A stretch of DNA of 64,000 nt from a virus, in the IMG/VR virus record IMGVR_UViG_3300042543_000303, positions 9,961 through 73,960 of that record; one strand, 5' to 3'. Below are positions 62,422 to 64,000 of this stretch, in pieces; the stretch's first letter is position 1; each line of letters starts with the position of its first letter. A program made the translations under genes and the position numbers. The notes beneath the pieces were generated by a model. It was given only the letters and a program-made list of their open reading frames with translations, was not told the DNA's origin and made no database searches.

Positions 62422-62444
62422 CGTTGTGTGCTGGTTTGCTGGTG

Positions 62445-62972
62445 TTAGACGTGGACGACCACGATCGGGTCGCCCTTGAAGATCGCCTGGAATGTTTCCT
62501 CGTCGACGATGCCTGTCTCCTCGAGACCAATGGCTGCTTGGAAGGCGGCTACGGCGCCAATGGTCAGATTGCCATAGTACCCGTCTCTGTCGTCAGCGGC
62601 CTGCGTGAAGCCGAGCTGGTACAGGCGACGCTGCAGATGATGAACGGTGAGGCTCTTACGGTTATAGAGGTTCTTGACGATGCACTTGTCGAGGTACACG
62701 TTGTCGCGACTTCCAGTCACCGCAGCTGCGTATACCGCATTGTCGTCGGCGTCGCTAGCTAGAGACTGAGGCTGCGACTGTGATTCAGGCGCAGGCGCCG
62801 ACTCGTGGGGCTCCGGCTCACCGTCGACCTCAAGAGCTGGGTCGGGGTCCTGGGTGTCCACGGGCTGTGGGTCAGGCCTGTGCTTGATGCGAGGCTGGGG
62901 TCGCCCTACCTCAACCGCGTCAGCCTCTACCTCAGCCGCAGCCTCAGTCTGGTCTACGGGATCTTCACTCAT
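62445..62972 (-). CDS. peptidoglycan-binding domain protein with acidic disordered N-terminus
   Basis: V..LQRRL..LGF....DG.YG..T..AV.AFQ...GL..TG.VD..T (PG_binding_1). Confidence 0.85.
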   Translation of the reverse strand: MSEDPVDQTEAAAEVEADAVEVGRPQPRIKHRPDPQPVDTQDPDPALEVDGEPEPHESAPAPESQSQPQSLASDADDNAVYAAAVTGSRDNVYLDKCIVKNLYNRKSLTVHHLQRRLYQLGFTQAADDRDGYYGNLTIGAVAAFQAAIGLEETGIVDEETFQAIFKGDPIVVVHV

Positions 62973-63004
62973 CGGCGAGCTTCCTTTGTTCGCTGGCTGT
63001 AAGC

Positions 63005-63247
63005 TTACAGGCCGAGCCAGGCGCGGATGCGCTCGCTCAGCTTGGGCTTTGGGCTGGGTGCTGCCGCAGGAGCTGCTGCCTTCTTGGCGCGAGGCTTGGT
63101 CGGCGTCGTAGCTGCTGCCTTCTTGGCGGCTGGCTTCTTGGCGGCGGCTGGCTTCTTGGTTGCAGGTGTTGCAGGCTTCTTGGCTGCAGGCTTCTTAGCC
63201 GCAGGCTTCTTAGCTGCTGCGGTCTTGCTTGCCTTGGCTTGTGCCAC
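63005..63247 (-). CDS. histone H1 / HupB-tail-like Lys-Ala-Pro-rich DNA-binding protein
   Basis: (AAKKP)n repeats; GTG start after AAGGAAGGGA. Confidence 0.7.
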   Translation of the reverse strand: MAQAKASKTAAAKKPAAKKPAAKKPATPATKKPAAAKKPAAKKAAATTPTKPRAKKAAAPAAAPSPKPKLSERIRAWLGL

Positions 63248-63324
63248 GATTGTGGTGTCCCTTCCTTGTGGCGTGCTGCTGATCGTCACAATTATAGGGG
63301 CGTGTTCGTCGACGTGACCGCAAG

Positions 63325-63359
63325 GGAAAGGGACCCTCGATTGCTCGAGGGCCCCTTCC
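63325..63359 (-). terminator. hairpin with GCAA tetraloop (terminator)
   Basis: GGAAGGGGCCCTCGA-GCAA-TCGAGGGTCCCTTTCC on the minus strand. Confidence 0.65.
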
Positions 63360-63377
63360 GCGCTAGCTGGTGTTGCG

Positions 63378-63689
63378 CTAGAACTCGATGTCGTTGAACT
63401 CCACGGTGTACGTCTTTGCTCCGATCTTGGCGGTCACTGGCTTCCATGCTGCCTTGACTGCTGCTTCGATCTTGTCGAGCGCGGCTTCTGGAAGATTCCA
63501 GGCGCCGTCATGTCCGACGAACGTGAGGTTTCCTGCGATGGGCTGACTGCTCGGCGGTCGCTTGTTCTTTGGTAGCTGCTGCACGAGCTTTTCGTACGCG
63601 TAGTCTCCTCGTGAGCCGAGTTCCTCGAGCACGCGAAGTGCTGCGAGAATCTCATCATCAGTTGGCTTCTTTGGTTTGGCTGCTGTCAT
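63378..63689 (-). CDS. hypothetical protein
   Basis: 103-aa ORF with AAGGA RBS. Confidence 0.6.
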   Translation of the reverse strand: MTAAKPKKPTDDEILAALRVLEELGSRGDYAYEKLVQQLPKNKRPPSSQPIAGNLTFVGHDGAWNLPEAALDKIEAAVKAAWKPVTAKIGAKTYTVEFNDIEF

Positions 63690-63695
63690 TGCGCG

Positions 63696-64000
63696 CTATC
63701 CTTTCTTCCCTTTCTTCGGTGGTGTGTCCTTGCACGGGTATTGACTCATGAACTGACGGAACGGAGCCATGATCCAATTCTCATGGTGCCATGAAGACCA
63801 CCCGCCGTAGTGGCTGGCGTTGAGCGATCCATCGGGATTGAGTCCCCACGGCACCCAATACTTGCCCTTGTTGGTCATGTGCTTGTAGACGATGCGCGAC
63901 TGAGTGTATGGGTCGAGCATTGCACCGCGCGACCACCAGTGCTTACCGGAGTGCGCGGAAGTTTGTATCTGCCAGATACCAAGGGCGCCTGAGTACCAGG
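63696..64000 (-). CDS. lytic transglycosylase / lysozyme-like (SLT) protein, 3' part
   Basis: The frame stays open to the window end: WYSGALGIWQIQ...AMLDPYTQ...GKYWVPW, matching the G..QI...L.DP...W.PW SLT pattern. Confidence 0.65.
   Translation of the reverse strand, partial: WYSGALGIWQIQTSAHSGKHWWSRGAMLDPYTQSRIVYKHMTNKGKYWVPWGLNPDGSLNASHYGGWSSWHHENWIMAPFRQFMSQYPCKDTPPKKGKKG

Noticed and set aside
1-64000. Prophage, integrase or diversity-generating retroelement
   Set aside because: No integrase, reverse transcriptase, host genes or template/variable repeat pair was recognised in this window.

Overview
This window is part of a tailed dsDNA phage genome, probably a lytic siphovirus of an actinobacterial host. 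Supporting evidence is a WhiB gene at the left edge and a head/tail module resembling mycobacteriophage cluster B. Essentially all real genes are on the minus strand. Reading from right to left: lytic transglycosylase (partial), histone-like and peptidoglycan-binding genes; an AT-rich non-coding region with a perfect 20-bp inverted repeat (~62.1 kb); portal; a Cys-rich head protein; a 2884-aa polyvalent protein with ADP-ribosyltransferase-like and kinase-like domains; a multidomain maturation protease; two capsid proteins; tail genes; a replication and nucleotide-modification block; terminase; a DenV-like glycosylase; and WhiB. Three candidates for new biology stand out. (1) A cytosine-hypermodification cluster: an Asp-type (dCMP-specific) thymidylate-synthase homologue, a dNMP kinase fused to a UDG-like domain, a dCTPase-like pyrophosphatase, two deaminases, two paralogous glycosyltransferases and a C5-methyltransferase-fold enzyme with a rewired cofactor pocket (motif X GN->GK). 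(2) A giant, probably virion-packaged, multi-effector protein. (3) A short motif repeated at domain boundaries of the head proteins that may be a protease cleavage code. All product calls come from motif recognition by eye; no database searches were run.
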